Source: Octopus vulgaris (Eukaryota). Taken from it: a stretch of 64,000 nucleotides of DNA. Of the stretch, positions 27,505 to 41,068 are shown piece after piece. The position numbers were made by a program, and so were the translations under genes. A model generated the notes under the pieces. It had not been told where the DNA came from. It saw only the letters and a list, made by a program, of their open reading frames with translations, and ran no database searches. Within the stretch, counting starts at the first letter, position 1. The number at the start of each line of letters is the position of its first letter. Where the stretch lies: contig OX597818.1 of assembly GCA_951406725.2 (NCBI GenBank), positions 5,890,001 through 5,954,000 of the forward strand. The letters run 5' to 3'.

Positions 27505-27717
27505 CTTTATTACCCACAGGGGGCTACACATAGAGCGGACAAACAAGGACAGACAAACGGATTAAGTCGATTATATTGATTCCAGTTCATAACTGGTGCT
27601 TATGAAAGGATGAAAGGGAAAGTTGACCTCGGTGGAATTTGAACTCAGAACGTAACGGTAGACGAAATGTCGCTAAGCATTTCGCCCGGCGTGCTAGATT
27701 TTTGCCATCTCACCGCA
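27505..27717 (-). mobile_element. tRNA-derived SINE (MetaSINE-like central domain)
   Basis: Minus-strand tRNA-like head with B box gagttcaaattcc, then gaggtcaactttccctttcatcctttc. Confidence 0.85.
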
Positions 27718-28229
27718 TAAATGCATTCTTAGAATGTGTGGTGAATCCTCCTTATTTGATTGATTTAATATATATTTTCCATTAAACGTAATGAATTATT
27801 TGCGGTATACGATACTAATTTATACCTTGGGTAGAATCTCTCAATATCTGCCACTCATACTATGATTCATAAAAGAGCACAAAGGTTGAAATTATAACTA
27901 ACAAGTAACGTGTTGATTTACGTTTAGTTATATTGACATTATCAAATTACCCTGAAACTATATTATATGGCGCTTTGAGAATATTTGGAAATATGATAAG
28001 AGTGGAATGTTATTATTAATGTAGCAGAGCATGAGATGATCATCAATGATGCAGCCAAAATCTATTATTCATAATTCTTTAAACGATTTGGCAAAATGTT
28101 AAAAGCAATGTTATCCGCAAGTTCTTCAGCTTAAAGCTGTTACTTTGGCACGTTGTTGCTGGTGATACTGCGGATAACATAAAATACATGTATACATGCA
28201 AGCATGCATACACACATATGTCTATATGC

Positions 28230-28271
<42 letters not shown>

Positions 28272-28339
28272 CTGTGAGTGTGTGTGTATTTATATATATG
28301 TGTGTGTGTGTGTGTGTGTACGTACGTATATATATATAT

Positions 28340-28383
<44 letters not shown>

Positions 28384-28669
28384 ATAATACAGTGATTGTT
28401 TCTTATCAGGAACAAAATGTTTAATAGGACTGCTAAGGAAGTGCTCAATTGAAAGAGACAAATATATCAAACTAAGGTTATAGAACAAACAAATGCAAGG
28501 TCATCCACAATAATATACCCCTGAAATGGCCATAGGGAATGTAAATATGGTTTCTTCTTTTTTAACTATAGGCCTCTCTTACTTGTAAAGTAATTTTTTA
28601 TAAGATTTTCTAAACGATGTACTTTTATTTTATTTTACATTACATATATTATATCTTTTTAATATGCTT

Positions 28670-28708
<39 letters not shown>

Positions 28709-28711
<3 letters not shown>

Positions 28712-28892
28712 GGAGTAAGCACATAAATGTGAAACAAGGTGGAAAAAAGAGTACTCAAATACCAGTGGTAGAGTAATATGCTTTATTTTAAGCAGCAGAA
28801 AATTCAACAAAATCTGTTACTAGTTTCTCGTTGCCGTTCGGAACGGCAACGAGAAACTATATTTTGTTGAATTTTCTGCTGCTTAAAATAAA

Positions 28893-28893
<1 letters not shown>
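28709..28893 (-). mobile_element. Fold-back pLTR element (family C): tail 28709-28780 plus palindrome 28781-28893
   Basis: Homolog of 32248-32478 in opposite orientation; bounded by (TA)n; centre falls inside the HHR core. Confidence 0.85.
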
Positions 28894-28933
<40 letters not shown>

Positions 28934-29245
28934 TATAAATATATATATTTATATATTTTTATATACCTATATATTTATATATTACTTTATACTATATTCT
29001 TACGTATTTACCTTCTAGGTGTTGTAATGTTTTTTTAAAAAATATTTTTCTTAATCGCTAAAGTATTAACTTTTAACCGTGATGAACTGTATTCACACAT
29101 TTTTTCTTGCACTTTCTTATATGCTTGTACAGATGAGTTATGTTCCATCTTCCGTGATGTTTAAATGTATATTCTATGATTAAATGTTCGAGTTATGAAA
29201 TGTTATGTGGATGACCTTGCATTTGTTTGTTCTATAACCTTAGTT

Positions 29246-29330
<85 letters not shown>

Positions 29331-29967
29331 TATGTATATATACATAGGTATGTATGTATATATATACATCTTTCTCTATATATATGTATTTATCTGTGTA
29401 CGTATGTGTAAATAAATATCCTCCTTATTACTTATATCCTTAGTAATATATATCCTTTATTACTGTAAAGCCTACCTGCATATGGAAAGTTAGAAGATAT
29501 TTCTATCCCTATATAAGATACTAAAATTTATTGGATATTGGATATTTAAAATTCACAAGCAGAATTATGTCCGTTAAATGGTAAGGAACATTGAAAACTT
29601 TTAGAGCCTTAGTAATCTCTATTCTCCCTACCCCACTAACTTCAGCCGACTATGTCTAAGTTAAATTCCTCAAAATGAAAATGGATTTATGGCTTTGACA
29701 TTCGTACTACCCCTTCCTCTATCTATAAATAGAAAAAATTCTTGTTTGTATCCATTGAACCAAGAATAGAATCCCCCCCCCCCACTGATAGATCTAAATA
29801 ACAAAGTGAACTCAGTGATAATAAAATCTACAGATGGAGAACATACTACCACCATGTTGTTAATGATGAAATTCACCCCCCTGTCTACATATCTACCCTC
29901 TTTGTAATGTTGGCAAATGAAATAAGTATAAAAATGTGCATTGTCTGCTTAATCAAAAAATCTGTAT

Positions 29968-30053
29968 GTGGCTGAAGATTGCTCGACATTTTAATTCTGA
30001 TGTAATACATACTGCATTTAATAAAATGAAGTAGCATGAAACGATTGTACAAC
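29968..30053 (+). ncRNA. Type I HHR in a PLE-like 3' fragment (~29420-30090)
   Basis: gtgg-CTGAAGA-tTGCT...AGCAt-GAAAC-gatt-GTA-caac; homolog of 17053-17138. Confidence 0.68.
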
Positions 30054-30193
30054 ACTACCTTGGATATCCCTGTTGCTTATTTTGATTATATATATATGAT
30101 GTATTGTGAATTTATGGAAAGAAAGCCCATAAAACGCAACAATTTTGTTTAAAATGGAGAAGAGATGTAAAAATATATAAGAAAATTTTAATT

Positions 30194-30296
30194 CCTGAAG
30201 ACGATCGTTTCGTACAGAGATATAAAAATGATGCAAATTCATGGTTGAATTGAATTAATTAAATTAATTATATATCACTGTACTCATCAGTTCAAG
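30194..30296 (-). ncRNA. Canonical type I HHR with long stem II, in a PLE-like fragment (~30100-30680)
   Basis: Minus strand: cttgaa-CTGATGA-GTACAGtGATATA...TATATCtCTGTAC-GAAAC-gatc-GTC-ttcagg. Confidence 0.9.
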
Positions 30297-30840
30297 AAGT
30301 ATAAACAAATTTTTTTTTACAAAGGACTTGAGAAAGGAAATAGCAGAATAGAATCTAAGAGATTCATATTTATCCGTATAAGAAAAAGACATGTGAGTCC
30401 AGTTAGGTATTAACCATAAAGTCTATAACGGTTATTTGAAAATATAAGTAAAAGAGGTTTCAGAGACGTTATATGGGTGTTAAAATTTCTAATCTCCTTA
30501 CTCATATATAGAGGGAACGTCTCTGAAAACCCATTTACTAATATTTCCATAATTTCCCAACACATTATATAGAAGCATTATTTTGATATTCGCACATTTA
30601 CGCATGTAAACTTCTAGCAAAATATGAAGAATCAATGTTAGAAATCTTTTTTAGAAACCTCTAAATTAAAGGACGAATCTAATTCAATATCTTTTACACA
30701 CGCACACACACATACACACACACACGCACGCACGTACGCACACACGCGCACACGCACACACACATATATTACTTATTATGTTTAATTGTTTTAATATTAT
30801 ATGGTATTGATTTCCGTAAATCAGTAATTTGTTTATATAT

Positions 30841-31471
30841 CCTTTTCTACTCTAGCCACAAGGCCCGAAACTTTAAGAGAGGGGGCCAGTCGATTAGATC
30901 GATTCCAGTAAGCAACTGGTACATAGTTTATTGACCTTGAAAGGATTAAAGCCAGAGTGGTACTTATTTAATCGACCCCGAAAGGCTGAAAGGCAAAGTC
31001 GACCTCAGCGCAATTTGAACTCAGAACGTAGCGGCAGACGAAATACTTATTTCTTTACTACCCACAAGGGGCTAAACACAGAGAGAACAAACAAGGACAG
31101 ACAAACGTATTAAGTCGATTAGATCGACCCCAGTGTGTAACTGGTACTTATTTAATCGAGCCCGAAAGGATGAACGGCAAAGTGGACCTCGGCGGAATTT
31201 GAACTCAGAAAGTAACTGCAGATGAAATACCTATTTCTATTTCTTTACTACCCACAAGGGGCTAAACACAGAGGGGACAAACAAGGACAGACAAGCGGAT
31301 TAAGTTGATTACATTGACCCCAGTGCGTAACTGGTACTTCATTTATCGACCCCGAAAGGTTGAAAGGCAAAGTCGACCTCGGGGTAATTTGAACTCAGAA
31401 CGTAACGGCAGACGAAATAAGGAAACGCATTTCGCTCGGTGTACTAACGTGTCTGCCAGCTCGCCGCCTTA
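30841..31471 (-). mobile_element. Head-to-tail array of about three tRNA-derived SINE units
   Basis: Repeated atcgaccccgaaagg.tgaaaggcaaagtcgacctcggcggaatttgaactcagaac; full head (ccagctcgccgcctta) only at the right end. Confidence 0.9.
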
Positions 31472-32143
31472 ATTTGTTTATGTATCAAAAAAAGCAAAAT
31501 TACATACTCGATCAATCACGTGCGCAACTGGCACATACCACACACACACACACAAACATAATCACAGACTCACACGCACATACATTTACACATACAAAGT
31601 ATGAAAATGAACAAAATTTCTACAACTATTATTATAATTCTTTTAGATGAATTAAGGCACAAATAAAAATAATTGATATGTATTTCATTTAGGTATATTA
31701 AATATTTTTACATTACATTTAAAACAGTTTTCACTCTGGGGCACTTCACAGAAAAATGAGAAATTTCGGACAAATGACATGCCGATACAATAATGAGAAT
31801 CTGATATGCAGGAAAATATAGATGTGAATATTTTGTTGGTGGAGGAGTAGCTGTGTATCAGATAACATGGCGATGTGTGTTTACGACAGCTTTTTGACTC
31901 CAGACAGATTATGAAAATATGAATGCTTAGCCATCTGATGTAAAATTCCACCAAATTTACAAAAATTTGATAACATGTATAAGATTTAGTAACATACACA
32001 CATGCATAAAAGCGAGTCGGCTCACACACGCGCGCACACACACATACACGCACGCATACGCACACACACACACACACAATATATATATATATATATATAC
32101 ATATATATACATATATACATATACATATATACATATATATATA

Positions 32144-32179
<36 letters not shown>

Positions 32180-32182
32180 TAC

Positions 32183-32233
<51 letters not shown>

Positions 32234-32247
32234 CATATATATATATA

Positions 32248-32478
32248 CTTTATTTAAAAGCAGCAGAAATTCAACAAAACATGTTACTCTGAGTATCACG
32301 TTCCCGTTCGTCGGACAGTTTTTGTTAACAAAAACTGTCCGACGAACAGGAACGTGAGACTCAGAGTAACAGGTTTTGTTGAATTTCTGCTGCTTTTAAA
32401 TAAAGCATATTACTCTACACTTGGTATTTGAGTACTCATTTTTCCACCTTGTTTCACATTTATGTGTTTACTCCGGTA
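32248..32478 (+). mobile_element. Fold-back pLTR element (family C): loopless palindrome 32248-32405 plus tail, decayed HHR at 32335-32372 and its mirror
   Basis: ctgt-CCGACGA-ACaggaaCGT-GAgAC-tcaga-GTA-acag; centre gttaac at 32324-32329; third family fragment at ~60618-60690. Confidence 0.88.
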
Positions 32479-32529
32479 TATATATATATTAATATATATT
32501 ATAAAAATAGGCTTCAGTAAAATAATTTA

Positions 32530-32690
32530 CTTTACCACACACCGAACTTTTTAGAAATAGCAGCCAAAAATTTTAGCCATTTCTTCTACTGTAAGAAAAA
32601 TCTCCCAGACAATGCATACTCAAAAATAACTCACACAGGTATAGAGGGACAAATAACGAAAGATCACACCTATATAAGATTACCTGAATT
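32530..32690 (-). repeat. Diverged fragment of the 599-bp retrozyme-like family
   Basis: Reverse complement aligns by eye to 21282-21433 (aggtaa...tacctg...agtaga..ctgctatttctaa..ttcggtgtgtgg). Confidence 0.7.
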
Positions 32691-33026
32691 TGTGAGTTCT
32701 TTCCTTTTCGCCATTATTACGATACTACTTCATGTTGTCTCAGTACTGAATGAAGAAGCTAGCGTTTTGACACTTAAAAATGACAACTGATAAGATTATG
32801 GGAACATTTTAGCAGTATTTTGTGGCATAGAACATCATAAATTTATTCTGTACAAATACTGTTTTCACCCCTAAATATTTATAATTGTATATAAATTCAT
32901 TAGTTACTATAATTTATTGGTTTCTTTTGCATATTCTTAGTTTATATATCCCATTTATTTTCATTAGAAATTAAATAAATAAAGAATTTTGACATGAACG
33001 AATATTTATTCCCCCCCCCCTGTATC

Positions 33027-33224
33027 TAGGGAGAATTCACAAAAATCAAAAGACAAAGACAGGCGGTGTAGAAAACAAACAGATGTTTTAGTATAGCGTT
33101 CGGGAATTGAAAAATTCTTTAACGTTTCGAGCCTACGCCCTTCCACAGAAAGGAACACAGAAAGAAACGAGGAGAGAAACAAGGAGAGAAAAAATATGTG
33201 TAGTGGTTAGCGATCTATCATGAC

Positions 33225-33225
<1 letters not shown>
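33027..33225 (-). mobile_element. PLE pseudo-LTR fragment (family B) with minimal HHR-like motif at 33116-33153
   Basis: Minus strand: ccttt-CTGTGGA-a-GGGC gtag GCTC-GAAAC-GTT-aaaga. Confidence 0.72.
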
Positions 33226-33276
<51 letters not shown>

Positions 33277-33467
33277 GAAATTTACTGAAAAGCAAAAGAT
33301 GATGACAGGTGTATAGACAGCAAGCGGGTTGTTTTAGTTCGATGCTGGGGTATCAAACAGAAACGAACACGTAGAAATAAACAGAGGGAATATAAAAAAA
33401 AAACTTGTGGATTTTGCGCGATTGATCGTGGCGACTGATATATATATATATATATATATATATACTA

Positions 33468-33841
33468 CTCAGTTTCGAGCTATTTGACTCCTCTTCAGTC
33501 GCGAGGACATGCGTGCCAGGGAGATATCCAGAATGTACTACTGCTAACAATATATTGTAAACAAAGTGACAATTTATCACTGATTTGAAAGAAGCAAGGT
33601 AACTACTTTTAAAGTCTGAAGAAGAGATACAGTGGTAATATATATTAAATAATAAAGCCAGTCGCCATATCAAAGTGGCAGTTGAATGTTACTACTAATT
33701 TTACCCCTGGCAGATGCTCCACCAGCTGCTTATTGGTGCAACACCCTGCAGCCTTTATATACAATATATTGTTGAGTGGGGGAGCGAAACTCCTCCACCC
33801 TCTACCAGCTAAAAGGATCGCGAGACTGGCTCAGTTTCGAG
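33468..33841 (-). mobile_element. Circularly permuted 362-nt retrozyme-like monomer with an HHR split between its two ends
   Basis: 12-bp terminal direct repeat ctcagtttcgag (33468-33479 and 33830-33841); joining the ends rebuilds tcgcga-CTGAAGA-gGAG..CTC-GAAACTG-agc-CAGTC-tcgcga. Confidence 0.8.
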
Positions 33842-34314
33842 TTACATGAATATATGTATATCCACACACACATGCACATAAACACACACACGCACATAAA
33901 CACACATAGACAGACACACACATTGACATTATTGTAAATAACAGTTGATAAGTTAATATTTATTCAGCTGGAAGTTATAATGATTATTATACTAAGTTAA
34001 CCACCTTGTCGATAAAACTCAATATATGTTTTAATTAATGAACTTAACACACTTTGCACCTCTTGAATTAATATATATCTCAGGTTTTAAGCGTAAGATA
34101 TTTGATTTTAGTTAACAAGAACTAGTAATTTTATCGATGGTCTTAGAGCTGGAAGACCTATTGGATGGGTCACGTACTATATATTTAGCATAGTTGTTAA
34201 AAATCATCTAATTCTAAACTTTTTATTATTATTTATATTCATAATTCGTGTTTTCTTATTTCCTGCCAATGTCACATATAAAATGATGCATTGTATTTTC
34301 TAAACAAGGGGATA

Positions 34315-34677
34315 TCTTTATATATAAAAGTCAAGTTGTGTGTCTGTCTCCTACGATTTAGATTCCTAACTACTCCCACATTTTGCGGTACAGTATAACC
34401 AAAACCGGGTATCTTATAGTCGTGATTCATATCGAGCCCTTCTGGGTATTAGCGCGCGTCTACGATGAGTCTACGATTTTAAAAATAATTTACCATCACT
34501 TTTTTCCATTTTAATGCATTTTTTCGGTATTATATAAGGGAAGTAACTCTCTAAAAATGTCATTTTTTTTCCATTTTTAATGCATTTTGTTTTGCTATTT
34601 TTTGGTTATAACTCTCTAAAAATGCGTATATAGTTATTTCCCTTACAAACCCGAGCAACGCCGGGCGATACTGCTAG
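34315..34677 (+). mobile_element. Non-autonomous Helitron
   Basis: 5' TC(tttatatataaaa), subterminal hairpin cccgagcaacgccggg (34650-34665), 3' CTAG, inserted between A and T, no TSD. Confidence 0.85.
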
Positions 34678-35463
34678 TAGGTTATAAAATTAAATGCTCA
34701 CAGCTGTATTGGATGTAGCTTCAAGCACGTTCATGTCGTGCAAAAGCACCACTGATTTTCCGGAAGCTCATGATCTTAAATCTCCTTTCATCCTAATAGA
34801 ATACGAGGGGCAATTTGATATTCCCGTACCTGCTAGTCTAAACCTTTCCCCTCTGCAGTGACATTGTGTGTACCGAGTGTTTATATGAACTTGTTTGTGG
34901 CGATACCAAAATTTTGAGAGATTATCTACATATTTAACCTAAAGATAACTTTGACTATGGCTCCACAAATGTACAGTCAAACGTAAATACCAAACAATAT
35001 CACTGTAAGATAAAGTAGAACCATAGAAAAAAGAAAGACCGTGATGTTCTGGAACGTAATATAATTAGTAATTAGTATATAATTAGTAGGCTAACTGTGT
35101 TGATGAATTATTATAACGTGATCTCTGTGCCAAAGTGGACAGTGCTTTTTATTATTTCGAGACCTTCGAAATAAGAACCAATTAAGCACGGGAGTCGATG
35201 TAATTGACAAGTCACGTTCCCCAGAATTTTATACCTGAAGAAATATGTTGTCTGCAATAATCATTACTCCGTCAATGATCGGAGACCAAAGGTAAGAGAA
35301 ATATGTTGATTCAGCTGTATCTTATTTCAGGTTTCATGTAACATTGGTCAATCAAAAATCTAGCGGTCAAAGCCAGTTCTAAGCTCCAGATAGAGAGTTG
35401 AATATTTATTTTGGTGGTAACTCATGAGTTTAGTTACTTCGTTTCCTAAGTATGTTTGAACTA

Positions 35464-36716
35464 TTAGGTTGTTCCGAAAATAATGGCAAAATGTAATTTT
35501 ATCATAGTATGTTAATTATATTTTAGGTGAATTTCGACATACATAATTGATGTATTCTCTTTAATAATTTTCTAATATTTCAGACACAAATCATGCTTGA
35601 AGCATAGATGCCCGTAATTATGAACATGACAAGAAAATCCTTCGCTTACTTTTCTTGCATGAATTCAAGCTTGGGCACAATGCCTCCCAAACTGCTGTCA
35701 ATATCAACAGAGCATGGGTAGAGGGGACCACAAGTGATTGCACAGTACGAGGGTGGTTTCAGAAATTCTGCAGTGGTGATGAGAGCCTTGAAGATGAAGA
35801 AGCTATAGGACAGTCCTCCAGTCTTTGCAATTGAGAATTGAAAACAATTATTGAACAAAACCAAAGTGAAAGTGTCAGAGAAACGTCTCAAGCACTAGGT
35901 GTTGGTATTGCAAAGATCTCACGCAATCTGCAGAAGATTGGTAAGATGAAAAAGCTCGATAAATGGGTACCGCATGAGCTCAATGAAAATCAAATTGTTA
36001 GGTGTTTTGAAGTGTGCTCGATGCTCTTTACGACACATCAATGATCCTTTTCTTGACCGAATAGTCACTTATAATGAGAAGTGGATCCTTTATGATAACA
36101 GTAAAACGATCATGTCAACGGCTTGATCGTGATAAGTCCTCCAAACATTTCCCGAAGCCAAAGTTGCTGAATCAAAAAATTATGGTGACTGTCTGCTGGT
36201 CTGCGATTGGTGTTGTCCATTACAGCTTTCTGGAAAGTAATCAGAGCTTTACGGCAGAGGTTTACATTAATCAACTCGGTGAAATGCATGTACATTTGCA
36301 TGCAAAAAATGAGACCTGCATTGGTGAATGGGTAATGGCCGAATTCTGTTCCACGATAATGCAAAGCCACATGCTGCAAGAATGACGCTACAGAAACTCA
36401 CAGATTTGAGATACGAGACTTTACCACATCTTCCATATACTCCTGATATTTCACCCACTGACTACTGTTTTTAAGCATTTAAATACGTTTTCAAAGTGAT
36501 AAAACTTTCAGGTCCAAACCAGAGGTGGAATCGGCTTTGAAAGATTTTTCAGCATCAAAGCGAAAACTTTTTATCAACGAAGCATTAAGGATCTCGTTGA
36601 TCGATGGCAGAGATGCATAGATGTTCACGGCCCAGACTAATCAAAACATTTCTATTGTTAATTTTTCCAGAATAAAATTGTTTCTGAAATTGGCCATTAT
36701 TTTCGGAACAACCTAA
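35464..36716 (+). mobile_element. Full-length mariner transposon (1253 bp) with disrupted transposase
   Basis: TIRs ttaggttgttccgaaaataatggc / gccattattttcggaacaacctaa, TA TSD, motifs KLDKWVPHEL, HDNAKPH and PYTPDISPTDY; frameshifts. Confidence 0.96.
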
Positions 36717-38429
36717 TAAAAACAAATCTGTGTGAGTTGAATTGTAACTGTGAAGAAATATCCCTTATTTTGTAACAATTAGAAGCTCACCGTTTGTAAA
36801 GGCTATGATTTTCAATATAACCCCATATACAAGGATATTTGTGCTTCATGAAATAGTATAACAGTTTAATTTATTTCACACAGTTTAATTGTATAATGTG
36901 AGTTTATTTATTAGTCAGAGGCAAGGATATTTCATTAAGTGAATTAGTGTATCTGTAACTTGTTTCCAGGTATTATGACAACATTGTAAAGAAATTATTT
37001 GGATTCAGAATAGAAGCCACACGTGTAATTTAATTTGTATTTTTATCATATTAATTCAATCACATAAATTACATTTTCTGAATGCCGCTCATAATAATAA
37101 TAATAATAATAATAATAGTAATGGAATGTATAACATTGATTTCATCAAAACTTGCTCAGCTGCCTATACCTAGCAAAGAAGCTGTATAGTGAGGACTATA
37201 ATGTTTCTGAGTTAATTCTTGTTAAGTATGAAATTAAAAGCTCACCGGAAAATAATAGGTTACATAATAAATACAATAGTTATTACTGTAATAAATATCA
37301 AAATCAATATATGATTTGAAAACTTAAAAGCATTAAAATTATTATTGAAAGATATATAGGAAATATTGATATTGGTGGAAAATATTTTCAATTTGGTGTG
37401 AAATTTCACTGGAAGGATTATAATCACGAGATTATTAAATAATTAAATAAGAAAATAAGGTAGAAAGAATATAGCTGAACAGGTAGAGTAATTCATTGCT
37501 GACTGTAGGAAATAATCTGAGAGAGAGAGAGAGAGCGCTCGCGCGCGAGAGAGAGGGAAATGCGCATTATTATATATGTGTGTGTGTGTGTCTGTGTGTC
37601 TGTGTGTGTATGCATGTCTCAAGCCATAGTTAACTGTCAGGTGTTTTGGTTTTAAATTATCAAAATAAGCAACAAGGATATCCAGCAGTACGATCGTTTC
37701 AAGCAACTCCCTTTAATTGAACAACGCAATCATTACATCAATTTAAATGCAGAGCATTTCTCAGCTGCATCAAGACATAGAATTAAATTAAAATAAAGCA
37801 GATGGATACATTAGAATAATTTTACCTAATACCTCCAAGAGAGTAAGGAGATAGACAAAGAACATGCTGTCTTCACTTCAGCGTAGAATCTACTAAGGTA
37901 TCAGAAAGAAAGACTTGTTTGAGATCTAGCTAGTCATTTTATTTTGGGGTCAAGTTTAATTTATAGTCTTGTTTATCAAATCTTTGTATATCAAAAGTTG
38001 TGAGGATAACGATATTGTTCTATATAAGCTAAGTATGAATTTATAGGGGTACAAAATAGATTTGGTTTATAAATAAAGGCTATTATAAATAATAAAATGA
38101 TCAGGTAGGGTAGAACACCATAGAAAATGAATAAAATAGCTTAATCACTAAAAACCATGATAAAGTATTTATACATTATTAACATCAATAGAGAAGATTT
38201 ATAGAAAATGTATAATAATTTATGTATTTCAAACGAAAAATTGTTTATTTACTTACTTAGCTTGTATCAAAAAAGACTGATACCTGGTATTAGCTAAAGG
38301 AATATTGATGTTGTAGGATATGGTAACTATATATTAATTATTTATTTATTAAGGGGCATATTATAGGTTTTAGAATATATTATTCATGTGAATCTAATTT
38401 TTTTGCTTAACTCGTATATATACATACGT

Positions 38430-38513
<84 letters not shown>

Positions 38514-38584
38514 TCGGTGTGAGTACTTGATAATTATAAGCACCTGTGTATACCGTTTGGTGGTGTAGGTGGTGGAGTAAATTG

Positions 38585-39147
<563 letters not shown>

Positions 39148-40892
39148 ATATACATACATACATACATGTATATTTAACCAGACTTTGATAAGTAGTGGGT
39201 TAGATGCTCTAATTAGTTTTATTCTGCATTCTAGATTTTGTTTGGATGAAAGAACTCTATGAGAAAAATCTTATGGTAAAAACCTTCTAAAAAGATATTA
39301 GCTACATAAAGAATTGTTTGGCTTGAAGTGCCTAAAATAAGTGTGATTATTTTAAGAAATAAAAATACTTTTGTCCTCTTAAGATAAAAAAGTTATTATT
39401 TGAATTCAAATGAGTGAGTTCATCAAGACCAATATTTTGGAGAAAATCTATCTAAAAAATTATGCATAAAAATTATAGTAATAGAATCATTACCTGGAAA
39501 AAAGTGAACGAGAATAAAAAATGCGGGCGCAGATTTCTAAAATATTCCGAAGCATTTAACCTGGAAAAGAACAAAACAAGCAAGTAATTAAGCCTGGAAA
39601 GTAAAGGACAAGAGAAAAAAATTTAAAATATTACTGCTGAAGTGAGAATTTATTAAATAGTTTTCTGAAATTGTTCAATAACAGTGTGCGGTGTTTTGTT
39701 TTTATATTCGTTGATGATTATTGCATTAAAAAAAATTTAAGTTAATATTTTTGATTAATTTTTTTGTATTAAGCCTAATCATTTCTGCCTTATTTGTACA
39801 ATTATAGTATTTTTCAATTTGATTTTTTTAACGAAATTCATTATCCAAAAATTTTATATCATACGTATTGTGTTATAAAGCTAAAATCATATAGAATATG
39901 TATAATCTAAAACGAAAAAAGAGCAAAACAAAATTTGTTTTTAAAGAAACAAACGAATTAATTCCTTTAAAGCTTGCATCAACAGACAACAAAGTAATTT
40001 ATAGAAAGCTAATAAAGAAACTGAGTGCAAAATGTAAAAACTAATCTCCATTTCTTTTTAGAAAGGAGTTAGGGTTATTATTGTCACTTTTGCTTATTGT
40101 CAGATTTTTTTTACATATATAAATTTGTAATAACAAATTTTCAATGTGTAAACTTGCAGGCAATTAGTCTTTTCACTAGAATTGAAAATAAATAGCTTCT
40201 TGAGTATTTTTAATCTAAATTTTATGTAAAAATAAGAAATAAAAATCGGCATTTATTACTATTGTAGCTTTAAAATTCTGACTCCGGCGGCAATATTTTC
40301 ATTCTTCTCCTGTTCTTTTCCAGACTGAATTACTGCTTTTCCAAGTTCAATACGAAAGAACTTTCTGGGATTTTGCTCCCGCGCGTTTCATTCTAGTATA
40401 TAGATATTGTGGGTAATAAAGGAATAGGTATATAGATATTGACAAATACAAAGAGACATTCGTACGTACAAGCATACGTACGTGCATGCATGCGTATATA
40501 CATACATACGGACGGAAAGATAGGTAGATGGACGGATAGACTGACAAATAGACAGAAAGACAGACGGATAGATAAACAGTCAGACAGACAGGCGGATAGA
40601 TAGATAGTTAGGTAGGTAGGTAGGTAGGTAGGTAGGTAGGTAGGTAGGTGGGTAGGTAGGTAGGTAGGTTTGCAGGCAACTTGTCAGGGTATTCAGTAAT
40701 TGTGTATGTAATACTCTAGAGTGTACAACAGTAAAAGAGTGGAATAGAAAACGCAATATATAAATGCCTCATTGCAAAATGATGTATTATTGAGGTTCAT
40801 TATTTGTGTTCCTTAAAATTTCTTCGACACAAAATCATAACATCGGCTACCAATTGAATTATTGTGCATTCTTAGTTTTTCCATACCTCAAC

Positions 40893-41002
40893 TAATAGTA
40901 GTAGTAGTATTAGTAGTAATAGTAGCAGCAGCAGCAGTTGTTGTAGTAGTAGAAGTAGCAGTAGTAGTAGTAGTAGTAGTAGTAGCAGCAGCAGCAGCAG
41001 TG

Positions 41003-41051
<49 letters not shown>

Positions 41052-41068
41052 CAGTAGTAGTAGTAGTA
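40893..41068. repeat. (GTA)n/(GCA)n trinucleotide microsatellite
   Basis: Directly visible. Confidence 0.97.

Noticed and set aside
30841-31471. Regularly spaced repeats resembling a CRISPR array or tRNA cluster
   Set aside because: They are tandem SINE units in eukaryotic DNA, with no unique spacers and no complete cloverleaf.
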